Assembly: GCA_002811645.1 (NCBI GenBank)
Contig: PDIP01000064.1
Span: 129,188 to 193,187, forward strand
DNA from: Corallochytrium limacisporum Hawaii
Taxonomy: Eukaryota > Protista > Pluriformea
DNA length: 64,000 nt
Direction of reading: 5' to 3'
The stretch's first letter is position 1; every line of letters starts with the position of its first letter. The position numbers and the translations under genes are program-made. This document shows positions 1 to 10,872 of the stretch, in pieces. The notes under the pieces are model-generated. The model was given only the letters and a program-made list of their open reading frames with translations. It was not told the origin of the DNA and ran no database searches.

Positions 1-906
1 AATAATCATATAAATCACGATCCGGTATATATTTTCGAACGAAAATTTTGGTTGGATACGGAGTATACATTCAACTCAGAGGATAGTACGATTTTTTTTT
101 TTCGGTCCTTACATTGTTTCCTTGGGTATGTGTTTTCTTGGCCGAGGTTTGCTCACAGACCCGCTGGTGCCCACGGCACTGCTAAATCTAATTTGGGGGA
201 GAAGTATTACGAGGTAGAGAGGGTAATACGGTCAAGAAATGAGCGCAACAATCGACATGCAACCGCACGCAAGTGACCCATATGGTAAACGCTTTGATGA
301 CTGCAAGTTTCAGTAAACTGCGCCACCAACCCTCGGCGGAGCATGTTGGAAATACGCACATTCCGATCTACTTGTGCGAAATGCTGTGGAATAACGTTGC
401 GAGGGGCACCCGCATAGGATATATTGTGAAATTCGAAAGCTTCGCGGACTGTTCAACCTCCATATGGAAAGAGCATACAGAGGAATTATACAGAGCTGAC
501 AAGCGATTGAAATTGAATGACCAACACATTACATCATGTTCAGCAAAAACACCGCTCTTGGCAGTGTGTCTCTACGGTTTCACTGTAGACGACAATTCCT
601 GGTTTGGCTCTAATGACTCCTTGCAATGACGACAAGTGGACTTTTGGAATCCCGAGGGAGGGTCGCGCACCCCCAGTGCGTGCGTTATCGTGATCGATTC
701 AGAAAATATTATACGAAGGCCGGGGTTGGTGGTCAGCAGCGAGAGGGGCTGCGACTCTCTGCAGGAAGGGGCTGACACACGCCGACAGAGGAAAATCGGG
801 TTCCGTGATGACATTGGGGGTATTTGAAGGCACGCCGCACTAAACATTAGGGGGTTTAGAATTATTTAGGGGACACTTGAACGACGTAGTGAGATAGCCA
901 ATCACC

Positions 907-1296
907 ATGCTGGCGAAACTGACCATATTCTCAAGGTGTTCCTGGCAGATGCAGGAAGGACTGGCTCAGTGTAGCAGAACGCGGCCTGTTGTTGGCGATC
1001 ACCTGCTGCAAATGGCCCGCTGTTTTCACGCTTCGCGGTTCGTCGCTTCCAAAGACAAAACCGATGAATTGAAAAAGGCCACTTCTGAGGGTACCAGTAC
1101 TGGTTGTGGTGCGGAAGATGAAAGTGATGATGAAGAGTACATTGGCTGGGAGACCAAAGCTAAGCGCTTCGAGCCTGGATTGGAGGCTTTCCCAGATGAC
1201 ATCAACCCCAAGACTAAGGAAGAAGGTGGTCCTCGTGGACCGGAACCCACTCGTTTCGGAGACTGGGAACGTAAGGGTCGCGTAACTGACTTCTAA
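907..1296 (+). CDS. SDHAF4: Succinate dehydrogenase assembly factor 4 (Sdh8/DUF1674), mitochondrial
   Basis: C-terminal signature NPKTKEEGGPRGPEPTRFGDWERKGRVTDF; Arg-rich N-terminus resembling a mitochondrial presequence; ATG in ACCATG context. Confidence 0.95.
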   Translation: MLAKLTIFSRCSWQMQEGLAQCSRTRPVVGDHLLQMARCFHASRFVASKDKTDELKKATSEGTSTGCGAEDESDDEEYIGWETKAKRFEPGLEAFPDDINPKTKEEGGPRGPEPTRFGDWERKGRVTDF

Positions 1297-1334
1297 TTGC
1301 GGAATTTCTGGGGCTCGTAGTTTTATTGACATAC

Positions 1335-4313
1335 TTATACTGGAGACTGTCCGTGCATCCAGCGACCACCGCATAGGCAGAAGCGGATGTGTCGACGTTC
1401 CCACGCATATTCATTCGCATTGACATCCATAACATATGCGGTAACTTGATGACACCTGCCACATTTTAAAGTTAAAGAACAAAATAAACCACAGTTAGCA
1501 TTTCCACTCAGAACCAATCCATTCACGATGCATTTGATAACCTACCTTGTACACTTCTTGAGAGGGGTGTCTGGACTCAGATAAATTTGTCTGATAACAT
1601 CCCGAATGCTTTCAACCTTGCTTTCCACCATACTATCCAAAACCATGCTCGTGGACGATATGGTGGATACCATGGGCAGCTTGAAGATCTGGGGGACGCC
1701 ATCCTCTGCCGCATCGACTACCATGTGCAGACTTCTGTGTGGATCACCTTGGTAACCCCTGCCATCAGACACATCGTCAGCAGGATCATCTGCCAATGGA
1801 TCACATCCATTCATTGCGACCGCATACAGAAGTCCTGAACGGGGAACACAGAGACACACTTGAGATGGGGGCAATAATAGGCTGTTCTTCTGGAAGGCAT
1901 CTTCAGGGTCCACCTCCCGAATGAGCTCTCCCACTTCGCTCAAAAGCTTTGCGGGTTTCAGATTGCCTTCCTGTGCCGATTTACAACGAACAAGCAGCGA
2001 GGACAGAATCTTGAAGGAGCTGTCCATCAGAGTCTGCAGTGACTCGAGTTTGCCTTTATCCTTACTGTTGCATCCGTGCGTAATGATGGCATAGTAGACA
2101 ACAGCTTCGAGCAGGTCTTGCAACATGCCAATCCGTGTCAGCCAGCTGGCACAGGGGAACGACGCATTGTGAAGCAGTTGCACATCGCCGCTGAAGTTTC
2201 GGCTGAACTCGCTCACATTTCGCAGGAACCAACCGAGAATATGTATCGACCACACAGCAAGCGAATACAAGGAACGGCACTGATTCTGTCCTAAGCTCTT
2301 TGCTAACTTCTTCAGATCCTCTCCCATGACTTTGCTTAGATCATCGATCTTCTCCTTGATGGCTTTCTCGACAGCTGTAGCCACAAGGTCCTCTGTATCA
2401 CCACCGACAGCGTTCGACATATTTGTCTCCTGGACGCTACTCCTAAAGGTAGTTAGATGTTCAACTAGGGTGACCTCTGCATACGTAGTTTCATACGAGC
2501 TTCTTTCGTACCTTACTGCAGTGGAGATCTGCAGGCTTGTTCCGAGAAACTTTGTGAGGCTTTGGTAATTGTTCAAAGCAGACGGCTTTTCCTGTCGCCC
2601 GGGAAGGACGTCAAATGTTGCCAACATCTTTTCCTGGATTGTCTTGAAATCGCCAGCCTTTTCGACACCAGTAACCTTCGCTATTGATGTGTGTGAACCG
2701 GACACAGAGCCTCCAGCACCATTGTACAGAATGCCAAGGCAAGCTGCGACTTCCCACGCGTCCGCCTGAGCCATGATGCAGTAGTTGATGAGTGAAGTGT
2801 AGTATTGGGGTACATCGAGCTCGGCATGGCTCACAATAGGTAGGGCCACAAGCTGAATGCTATCTGTACCCAAGAGACAGATCACCAAGCCCAAGGGTGA
2901 ATTCACGGCCCGGAAGCCGACGGAGCTGACCTTTGCCCGTTTTGGCGCAGGTTCTGTTTCCTCGTCCTGAATTTCCATTTCATCGCCCTCGAACTTCAGT
3001 TCTGTTATGGTGTCTCTCACTTCCAAAGTGGACAATTTGATTCGTCGAATGGTGCCATCCACAGATGCAATAATAAGGGAATCTTGGGGCATGGACGCTT
3101 CTACAGAAGAAATTTCGGTGACATTCTCTTCAATCACGAAACGATTTTTCTCCTGGAGCTGCGTTCGTATCCATCCCTGTTGGGCCGAGTGGAGAACCAA
3201 CGAAGGTCCGTGGTTCTCTTTATCACGGGTTGCAAACTCCTGATTCGACAAAATCATCGATGCGGAGCCAGCCTTCTCCCGCATTGCTACAACGAGGAGT
3301 CGCACATCACCAACGGCCAAGGACTTCTTTGCCAAGGGTAGAACACTCTTGATCTTAATACCGGACTGCAAGGTCAAAGACTCCGTTTTTGAGGGCTTGT
3401 CGATGGTCTCCGTCGTGTAGAAAAGAAGCTGTACTTGGCGGAGTGATTCGCTGCTGTCTGCACCAAGCAGCTGTGCAGTAGGGATTCTAGTATGAAGGAT
3501 GATGTTCATAGATGGAGCATCATCTGAGCTTCCAGTCGAACGCACTAGGATGTGGTGGATCATTACGGTCGAAGCTATACCCGAAGAAGACCGCCCACCA
3601 GTGACGCTTGCCACCAGGAAAGAGCCGGGCCCGACGTGGAAAACATTTGCAGACTCCAGAGGTCCTAGTACCCCAGGCAGCTGATGTTCAGTGATGATAT
3701 ACTCCCTTGTCACCCGATCAGTACTGTGTAATGTCAGCACTCCAGTGCTAAACACGCTGATCCAAGTGTCGCGACCAGGCAGATTCAGTTTGCCTTTTCC
3801 GAGCATCGGTAGGCTACGGCTTTGTCGCTGGGCAATGCTTGGTGCAACGATATCCTGGTCAGTCCCACCCGTCTGATACCATACGGCAGGCTCGATCACA
3901 ATACCTGGCTGTGCTACCCATGACATGGTAAGCAGAGGACCTCTCTGGTGATCGCTCGTTGGAGGACCATCGCAGATCCATTCGTTCAGGCAACTGCTTG
4001 CCCCAGCCCGCCACAAATAAAAGAGGCCCCTTTCATTGACACAGAGGAGGACGTTGCCATCAGGAGACCACTGCAAGTCCAATATTTTACATCCACTTCT
4101 GGGGATGGACAGCCAAGTAACACGATGAGGTTTATCGGCATAAAACACACCGATTTCTCCGTCTACGCTGCCAGCCGAAGCTGTTGTGAAGGCAATAAGA
4201 TTATGTTTGCTCCATGAAACTTTCGAATATTGAAGACCTTGTGATCGCTGGAAATCCGATACACTTTGGCCTCTATGAGGCAAATTGCATTGCACTAATT
4301 GTATTGCACTCAT
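1335..4313 (-). CDS. MED16: Mediator subunit 16; two exons, join(1546..4313,1335..1455), ~962 aa
   Basis: N-terminal WD40-like segment (VSWSKHNLIAFT, LQWSPDGNVLL, LNEW). Splicing joins KKCT-R to CHQVT...AWERRHIRFCLCGGRW and restores the MED16 C-terminal CxxC...CxCGG.W motif, which the ORF track splits into two ORFs. Confidence 0.9.
1456..1545 (-). other. Spliceosomal intron of MED16 (90 nt, phase 2)
   Basis: AAG|GTAGGT donor, TGCTAAC branch site at 1500-1494, T-rich tract, GCAG|G acceptor; its removal restores the conserved C-terminus. Confidence 0.9.
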
Positions 4314-4487
4314 TATTTGTTACGTACTTCCTTCTACAGTATCCATGTTACGTACGGGATCTAGGCTTCTGATCTCTTTATTGCCCGCTTACTTATTTCT
4401 TTGCTTTGACACGATCGATAAGGTTGAAAACGAATTTGAATATAATATAAATGTACTTCTCGTACCTGTCCTGTCGGCTTCCACTGT

Positions 4488-4497
4488 GCGCGCCAAA
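4488..4497. promoter_or_regulatory. E2F-like site (GCGCGCCAAA) in the divergent MED16/DNMT2 promoter
   Basis: Reverse complement is TTTGGCGCGC. The 12-mer GTGCGCGCCAAA also occurs upstream of kinesin-14. TTTGAA at 4435-4440. Confidence 0.45.
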
Positions 4498-4785
4498 ACA
4501 GCAAGTGGCACACAGCCCTTGGACCCCCATGGACGGGGGAAGGGGGGGTTCACTTTACGAAAACACTGCGAACCTCCCCCCCCTCCTCCCCGAGGGAGGA
4601 GGGAGCCCACCGACCGTTGTTGAGGATCGCCGCCCGGGGGGGGGGTGGAGGGGTACTAATTGACCCGCCAGGGGAGGACCGTAACCACACGTGATACTCG
4701 TTTCTTCTCTGCACAGCCATCGCTGCTTCTTTGTAGACGACCAACGACATGTCCGAACCGTAAACAACCCTCGCAACGCACACAG

Positions 4786-6042
4786 ATGATGTCTCAGGAA
4801 CGGAAGCGGCAGAAGATCAATGCGCCTTGGCGCGTGGTCGAGTTCTACGCTGGGATCGGTGGCATGCGATATGCGATTGAGGCTTGCGCAAAGAAATTGC
4901 ACCATGACGTGAAAACGGTTGCAAGTTATGAGATATCGGGTGTGTGCAATGATGTGTACATCCATAACTTTGGATCAGAAGCGCACTACAACAAATCTAT
5001 AGAGAAGGTTTCTATGAAGGAGCTTAACGGTCACAATGGTGATATCTGGCTGATGAGTCCACCGTGCCAGCCGTATACTCGGCAGGGGCTACAGAAGGGT
5101 TCTGAAGATCCTCGAGCAGCCTCATTCTTGCACCTTCTCGAAATTATAAAGGAGATGGAGAATCCTCCTACACTTCTGCTCATGGAGAATGTGAAGGGTT
5201 TCGATGAAAGCGAAAGCTATGTCTTGTTCAAAGAAGCTCTGTATTCTCGAGGATACAAAGTGTTTGCTACCCTCATGAGCCCCGTAGATCTTGGGATTTC
5301 GAATACCAGGTTGCGTTTCTTTGTAGTCGCAAGACGCGATGTTGACAAGCCCTTTCCCGTGGAGTCGGAGATCTCAATGGAGCCGATGATTCACAACGGC
5401 ATTCCCGGTAGAGCAGAGGATTTGAGATTCAACTGGGACAAGCACAGTATGGCCGAGTGTCGGCTTCGAGGTGTTTGGAGTGGAAAGGTAGATGCGGCCA
5501 ACACGTCGTCAGAAGATCAGAATTCTATTCAGAGTGATGACAAGAGCACCTACTCAAAGAACAGTACCACCGAAATTGCCGTCCGACACTACATGGAGGA
5601 CAAGGTCGACTTTGAGACCTTCAAAGTTTCGTCAAAGACCATCTGCAAAAGAGGAGCACAGGCTGATATTGTCAAAGCTGGATATTGTAGATCCAATTGT
5701 TTCACAAGAGCCTATGGACACTACCTCCAAGGGACCGGATCTCTCCTGCAGACGGCCGATGACATCAACACAGTCGAAAGCTTCAGGAACCATCGAGACA
5801 TGAGTGAGCACGACCTAGATAATTGCCCACTCACGGACTTGAAAATCCGCTACTTCACTCCCCGTGAGATTGCCAACTTGCACTGCTTTCCTCCGGAGTT
5901 CAGCTTTCCCAAATCGATCACTAATATTCAAGCCAACCGCATGCTTGGCAACAGTCTGAATGTCAGTGTCGTGGAGACCCTTCTTTTGTACACATTGCAG
6001 CATCAGCCAATGGAAAGTGCCTTGGCAGCAAGTTCATTATAG
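4786..6042 (+). CDS. TRDMT1: tRNA(Asp) C38 methyltransferase DNMT2
   Basis: C5-MTase motifs EFYAGIGG, SPPCQPYTR, MENV, NTRLR and LGNSL, plus the DNMT2-specific CFTRAY and RYFTPREIA. First in-frame ATG is at 4786; the frame is open from a TTG at 4660. Confidence 0.95.
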   Translation: MMSQERKRQKINAPWRVVEFYAGIGGMRYAIEACAKKLHHDVKTVASYEISGVCNDVYIHNFGSEAHYNKSIEKVSMKELNGHNGDIWLMSPPCQPYTRQGLQKGSEDPRAASFLHLLEIIKEMENPPTLLLMENVKGFDESESYVLFKEALYSRGYKVFATLMSPVDLGISNTRLRFFVVARRDVDKPFPVESEISMEPMIHNGIPGRAEDLRFNWDKHSMAECRLRGVWSGKVDAANTSSEDQNSIQSDDKSTYSKNSTTEIAVRHYMEDKVDFETFKVSSKTICKRGAQADIVKAGYCRSNCFTRAYGHYLQGTGSLLQTADDINTVESFRNHRDMSEHDLDNCPLTDLKIRYFTPREIANLHCFPPEFSFPKSITNIQANRMLGNSLNVSVVETLLLYTLQHQPMESALAASSL

Positions 6043-6135
6043 TAGTATGTCACACATGAAACAGATCCAGAATATCCGGGGTCAAATTTACGCCGTCCTA
6101 GGGGGTGCTCGGTACTTCCCCACCCTTTTGGAAAA

Positions 6136-6244
6136 TTTCGCGCCCGAAAAACTCGGTGGAAACCTCTTTCTGCGCACCGGTAGGTGCTTAGATTCGATGT
6201 TCAACGTTTGACACCGGGTGAGCTACTTCAAATTAAGTTTTGAA
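6136..6244 (+). promoter_or_regulatory. E2F site (TTTCGCGCCC, 6136-6145) plus an inverted pair of CHR-like elements (TTCAAA 6227-6232, TTTGAA 6239-6244) upstream of ATAD5
   Basis: Matches the E2F TTTSSCGC and CHR TTTGAA consensus, upstream of an S-phase gene. Confidence 0.5.
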
Positions 6245-6380
6245 TCCGTGTTGTTTGATTCTATGAGACACACATACCGTGGACTACCTGCATATGTGAG
6301 GAACACATGAGATCGGTTAAATACAATGGTCCCTTGAGAAATACCTGTTGGCGCCGCGGAGGCGCCTGAATAGATCAACC

Positions 6381-9137
6381 ATGCAAACCGGAGTCAACAC
6401 ACTGCAGGCTTTCTTTCAGAAGCAAAAGAAGTCTGAACAGAATGATCCACAGAACCAATGCGTCGATAAGAATTCGGATGTGCCTCCTGTCCAGACCAGA
6501 TCGGAGCCAAATTTAAAGAACTCTGAAGCAAAATCTAGTGGTGACGAACAGGAATGTCAGTCTCTTTGGAATTCAGAAAAGCCAAAGTTCTTGGCACCCA
6601 AAGAAGCGGTCACTGTGGTGGGATGCCTACCTTTTATAGAAGATCATCAACATGTTGGAGCCATTCCACCGCGCACAAGCGCTGAGAAATATGATACCAA
6701 GCGGTGGCTTCGTAACCTCCGCTACAGAACGGGAACGGGCTTTTTGTCGGCATCAGAGGAGCCTATAGGGCTCCACACAGGAGGATATGTGGATTTTGTC
6801 CGACGCATAGCTAGCGAGGAGACGTTGCAGAACACCCAGACCAAAGCCAAAGAGCGGGCTCAAGCGTGCGACCTTCCAGCTTGTTACGAGTCCTCCGAAC
6901 TTACCGCGGGTGTCGGTCCGGATATTGCGACATGGACAGAGAAGTATAAACCAAAGCGAGTTGAGGACTTTATCGGCCAGTCCGCGTTGCACCGAAGTCT
7001 TAGGACATGGCTAAAGTCCTGGATTTCTTTGGCAAAGAATCAGGGTTCTCAGGCCGATGACGACACCATTGAACATGTAGTGAATCGCTACATGATGGCC
7101 GCGGATACAGAGGCCGAAGTCCTGGGGTTCTACTCGGAAGAATCACAGGAGGAAGCTGACGAGGACATGCTTGCTAAGGGATCGCCTGCCTTTTGCATCG
7201 AAGGTCCTGTAGGATCTGGGAAAACGGCATTAGTCTACGCATGTGCTTCGGAGTTGAATATGAATGTAGTGGAAGTACACCCTGGACAGGAGAGGAATGG
7301 TCGGGTCCTGATGGAACTGTTCAAGGAAGCAACTCAGAGTCACAATGTACGCCATGGTGAGCGAAAGAGGATGACAGCGGAAAAGGCTGCTGAATTGGAT
7401 GCGGCCAAGGAGGAAGAGATCCGTGTGAAAAGGCAGAAGCTGACAGAGGCAGCAAAGAAGCCCAAAAATCCGATGATGGCTGCATTCCTCAAGAAGAGCA
7501 AGCCTACCGACGACAAGGAAATTGGACCCAGAAATGCTGAGCCCAAGCCTACTACTAAACCGGATCGCAGATCTGAGCAACTGGCTCAAGAAACAGACAT
7601 GAAAATCGAGTCATCTCTTGATGAGAGCATAACTTCTGAGAAGCAAAATGACATTCTGGGTATTGGATCCCCTGCAGGCCCTGCCGCAAGGTCTCACAGC
7701 CCAACTGCTCAGATGGACACAGGAGCACACCGGGGGACCATCATACTCCTAGAAGAAGTAGACCTTCTGTTTGAACAGGATCGAGGATTCTGGTCTGCAG
7801 TAAACACGCTCTTGGAGACAACCAAGCGGCCAATCGTAATGACCTCGAATGAGACCTTTCCTGGCGATATGCTGAAACGCCCGTGTTTAAAGGGAGAGCT
7901 GGCTCCTCCCTTCCCGGACGCAGTTCAGTGCATGATTCAAAATGTTATGGCGGCACGGAGAATGCGGACGTGTGCGCACGACATTGCGATGGCCTCCAAT
8001 CTCCTGCGTAGTCAAATTCGGCCGTTGCTTCTCACTGCTCAGTTCTGGGCGAACACGGGTGAACAGAACGACTCTCATCTTGGGCTGACAGAAAGAATGT
8101 CGGGCTTGACCAACGTGGGCTTGAGGTTAGACACTCTCTGTAGCCAAATCACAGAAGATACTATGATTCAAGCCTACAAACTTTTTGATGACTGTCAACT
8201 CTGCATGCATGATTTTCTCCTGGAAATACTCGCTGAGCCATACCAAGGAGCGTTGACTGAGGACACAGAAAAGCTGGGTGAGGTCACTCAAACGTTGATA
8301 GACCCATTGTTGGAAGAGCACTATGTCTGCATGACGAACCTTCCTGTTCGCTGGCCTGGACCTACAAAGGTGATTGAAGATGGCCCCACTGGTCCGATAA
8401 CTAGCAGCCCAGAGCAAGATTGCCTGTTTGAGGCAATGACGGAGATGTTGACTAGTCGAGCAGAAATGTGCAGGGACAGTCTTACAGGTGACCAGGCTGG
8501 TGATATATGGCAGGAGATGTATTGCGAAATTCCTCTTACCATTACAGCCATGGCTGGCGCACGAGCAATGCGCACTGCTGCCAATATGGAGCAGTACTCG
8601 GAGTGCAAACATCCTGAGATATACCTAGGGGCGACTCAAAATGTCGCCAAACTGGAAGCCTTGAAAGGATTCAATCACAGCATGCTTCGATCAGCCAGTG
8701 CTGCTGCCAGCCCGGTGAATTTTGGATACGATCTATCGCCTTGTACTGCTGCCCTTGGATCGGATTGTGGTGCCATGATGAGGGTCATGCAGACCTTTGA
8801 CCGAGAAATGCGATTGGTTGATGGAGCAGCTCACAAGAAATCATTGGAAATGGTCATGAGACGTAAACGTCGCCGTGGGCGGAAGAGAGTTGGCGGCCCT
8901 CAAGACCTGGATCCTCCGCAGACCTACCTTGAAGCCGTTGAGCAAGGTAGTGCAATCAACCTTGGCTACCCTATGCCAGTAGATCAGGGACGATTGCCGC
9001 TCGAAACGAGCCTGCTGTCCTGCAGGTCCTTCACAAGCATAGCATCCCTACCACCGGCCTCAGATGACGCATGTCCCTTCACAATTGCCAATGACGCAGA
9101 ATCTGCAAGCAGGACGGAAATAAGTGCCTTTGAATAG
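6381..9137 (+). CDS. ATAD5: ATAD5/Elg1, large subunit of the RFC-like PCNA unloader (AAA+)
   Basis: RFC box WTEKYKPK, Walker A GPVGSGKT, EATQSH, Walker B IILLEEVD followed by LLFEQDRGFW and TTKRPIVMTSN; N-terminal PIP-like TLQAFF. First ATG at 6381. Confidence 0.93.
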   Translation: MQTGVNTLQAFFQKQKKSEQNDPQNQCVDKNSDVPPVQTRSEPNLKNSEAKSSGDEQECQSLWNSEKPKFLAPKEAVTVVGCLPFIEDHQHVGAIPPRTSAEKYDTKRWLRNLRYRTGTGFLSASEEPIGLHTGGYVDFVRRIASEETLQNTQTKAKERAQACDLPACYESSELTAGVGPDIATWTEKYKPKRVEDFIGQSALHRSLRTWLKSWISLAKNQGSQADDDTIEHVVNRYMMAADTEAEVLGFYSEESQEEADEDMLAKGSPAFCIEGPVGSGKTALVYACASELNMNVVEVHPGQERNGRVLMELFKEATQSHNVRHGERKRMTAEKAAELDAAKEEEIRVKRQKLTEAAKKPKNPMMAAFLKKSKPTDDKEIGPRNAEPKPTTKPDRRSEQLAQETDMKIESSLDESITSEKQNDILGIGSPAGPAARSHSPTAQMDTGAHRGTIILLEEVDLLFEQDRGFWSAVNTLLETTKRPIVMTSNETFPGDMLKRPCLKGELAPPFPDAVQCMIQNVMAARRMRTCAHDIAMASNLLRSQIRPLLLTAQFWANTGEQNDSHLGLTERMSGLTNVGLRLDTLCSQITEDTMIQAYKLFDDCQLCMHDFLLEILAEPYQGALTEDTEKLGEVTQTLIDPLLEEHYVCMTNLPVRWPGPTKVIEDGPTGPITSSPEQDCLFEAMTEMLTSRAEMCRDSLTGDQAGDIWQEMYCEIPLTITAMAGARAMRTAANMEQYSECKHPEIYLGATQNVAKLEALKGFNHSMLRSASAAASPVNFGYDLSPCTAALGSDCGAMMRVMQTFDREMRLVDGAAHKKSLEMVMRRKRRRGRKRVGGPQDLDPPQTYLEAVEQGSAINLGYPMPVDQGRLPLETSLLSCRSFTSIASLPPASDDACPFTIANDAESASRTEISAFE

Positions 9138-10872
9138 AGAACCACACTGTCGCAGTTGACTCCTTTCCTCTCCGTGCCTATTTGAATCGCCAGTTGTCCT
9201 CGGGAATCCATAAAGGACTCATTGCATAACTTCCCATCGCTACTCTTCCGCAACGGTCCCCTAGTCTCTCCCCCCACTTTTTTCTCTTCCCGCCAAAACT
9301 ACTGGTACCGCAGAGTGGGACAGACGGAGAGCTGTCCTTGGAGACACGCGCGTCCCTGCAGGGGGCGGGTTTGTCGCGACTGCGTAGACCCAGTGCGGTA
9401 CATTTACTACGAAGCACAGGCTTCGGAAAAGAAAATTTCCCCAGCCCCACGGCGGTCCTGGCAACCGCAGTACAGGTGGAAGTTGGGGAGTTGGTACTAA
9501 ACGTATGGGAAGTTGAGGACCTAAGACTGGAAGCCGCGGTCACGCAGTATCTGGCTATCCCTGCCTATTCCCCTTAAGTACTCGAGAATTGCTGCGGTTT
9601 GTCTCAGGGGGGGGACCCCCCCTCGGGGGCCCGGGTTAGGTTGGTGGGAGAGCCCGCTTGCCGTTGCCAAAAAAAATGGACATTAATGATACGGCCATAT
9701 TTAAAAGATGAAATAATAACCAGCGGCTGTCCATTCTGTGTGGTGTAATTATTACTTATATTGTTAACTCATCAGAAATTATTTACATACGGTATTTTCT
9801 AGGTATCCACAGCAAATAGTGGAATGCGAGGGGCGCTGGATAAGGTTGGACCCTTAATTTTTTCATGTGTTCTCTCGTAGGTCCAGATCCCCCCAGAGAA
9901 ATTCCCTCCATAGCTACAGAATGGGAGAAATAAGACAACAAAACGATAGCCCGCTAGTAAGGGAGCGAAAGACAGACTCTGGGCTCGAACAAACGTGATC
10001 TTCGTACTGTGCCGGGATACCAACACAGCAACTGAAGGAACTGTACCGCAGAGGCAGCAACCTCTCGGTAGCAGATTGACCAGAGCGAGCCGCGGACGAA
10101 CAAAATGGTTTCGGGAAGGGAGAGCGCAACACTGACCCGCCACAGCTGGGAGCAGGGCGTCGCTGGAAAGTTTGGGGACTAGCCCCTTCAGCATACTGAG
10201 GCTATGGTAGACTCACGCATTGTGAGACTCGCCAAACGAATTCTTCGTGCCCACGATAAGATCGAAATGAGAGTCTGCTTTTCGTGTGTGCGGAAATTTC
10301 GAAGCAAGGGCTCTGCGGAGTTTCGGAGATCTGGGGGAATTATCATTAGGGAATAAGGCGGGAAAATGCCCGGCGAAATTTCGGCGTGTTGTTGGAAACC
10401 GACACGTAGGATTTTTTTCTTTTGCGACCCTCGTTCGGTTCTGTGCAAGCGAAGGAGAGGCGGGGATACGGCCACCGGGCAGGTGCGGCATTTTGCCTTG
10501 TAATAACAGCGAACCATTCATTGCGCCTGCGCTTCTTCCTCCGTCTTCCGTTACGGTCCCGCGAGCAGAAGAACTCTGGTGGCAACAAAGACGAGCTTGG
10601 CTTGTTGTCTTGGCCATCGATGAGTTACATTTGGTTTATACCATTATGGGCGTGTAAAACAAGGCAGGTGTTTATTTATGCTTAACTGGAGTGTCTACTT
10701 GAGAACCATTGCTGTAATCTGCATTATATCAGGAGGGTGCCTCAATGATTCATTGGTACGGAATTTGGGGACAAAGATTGCGTACAGAACAACCGAATGA
10801 CCAAGTGAAAGCAACAATGCTCAAGTAACACAAGAACGCCAAACCTGCACTTGTTGCAGCATACAATACAAT

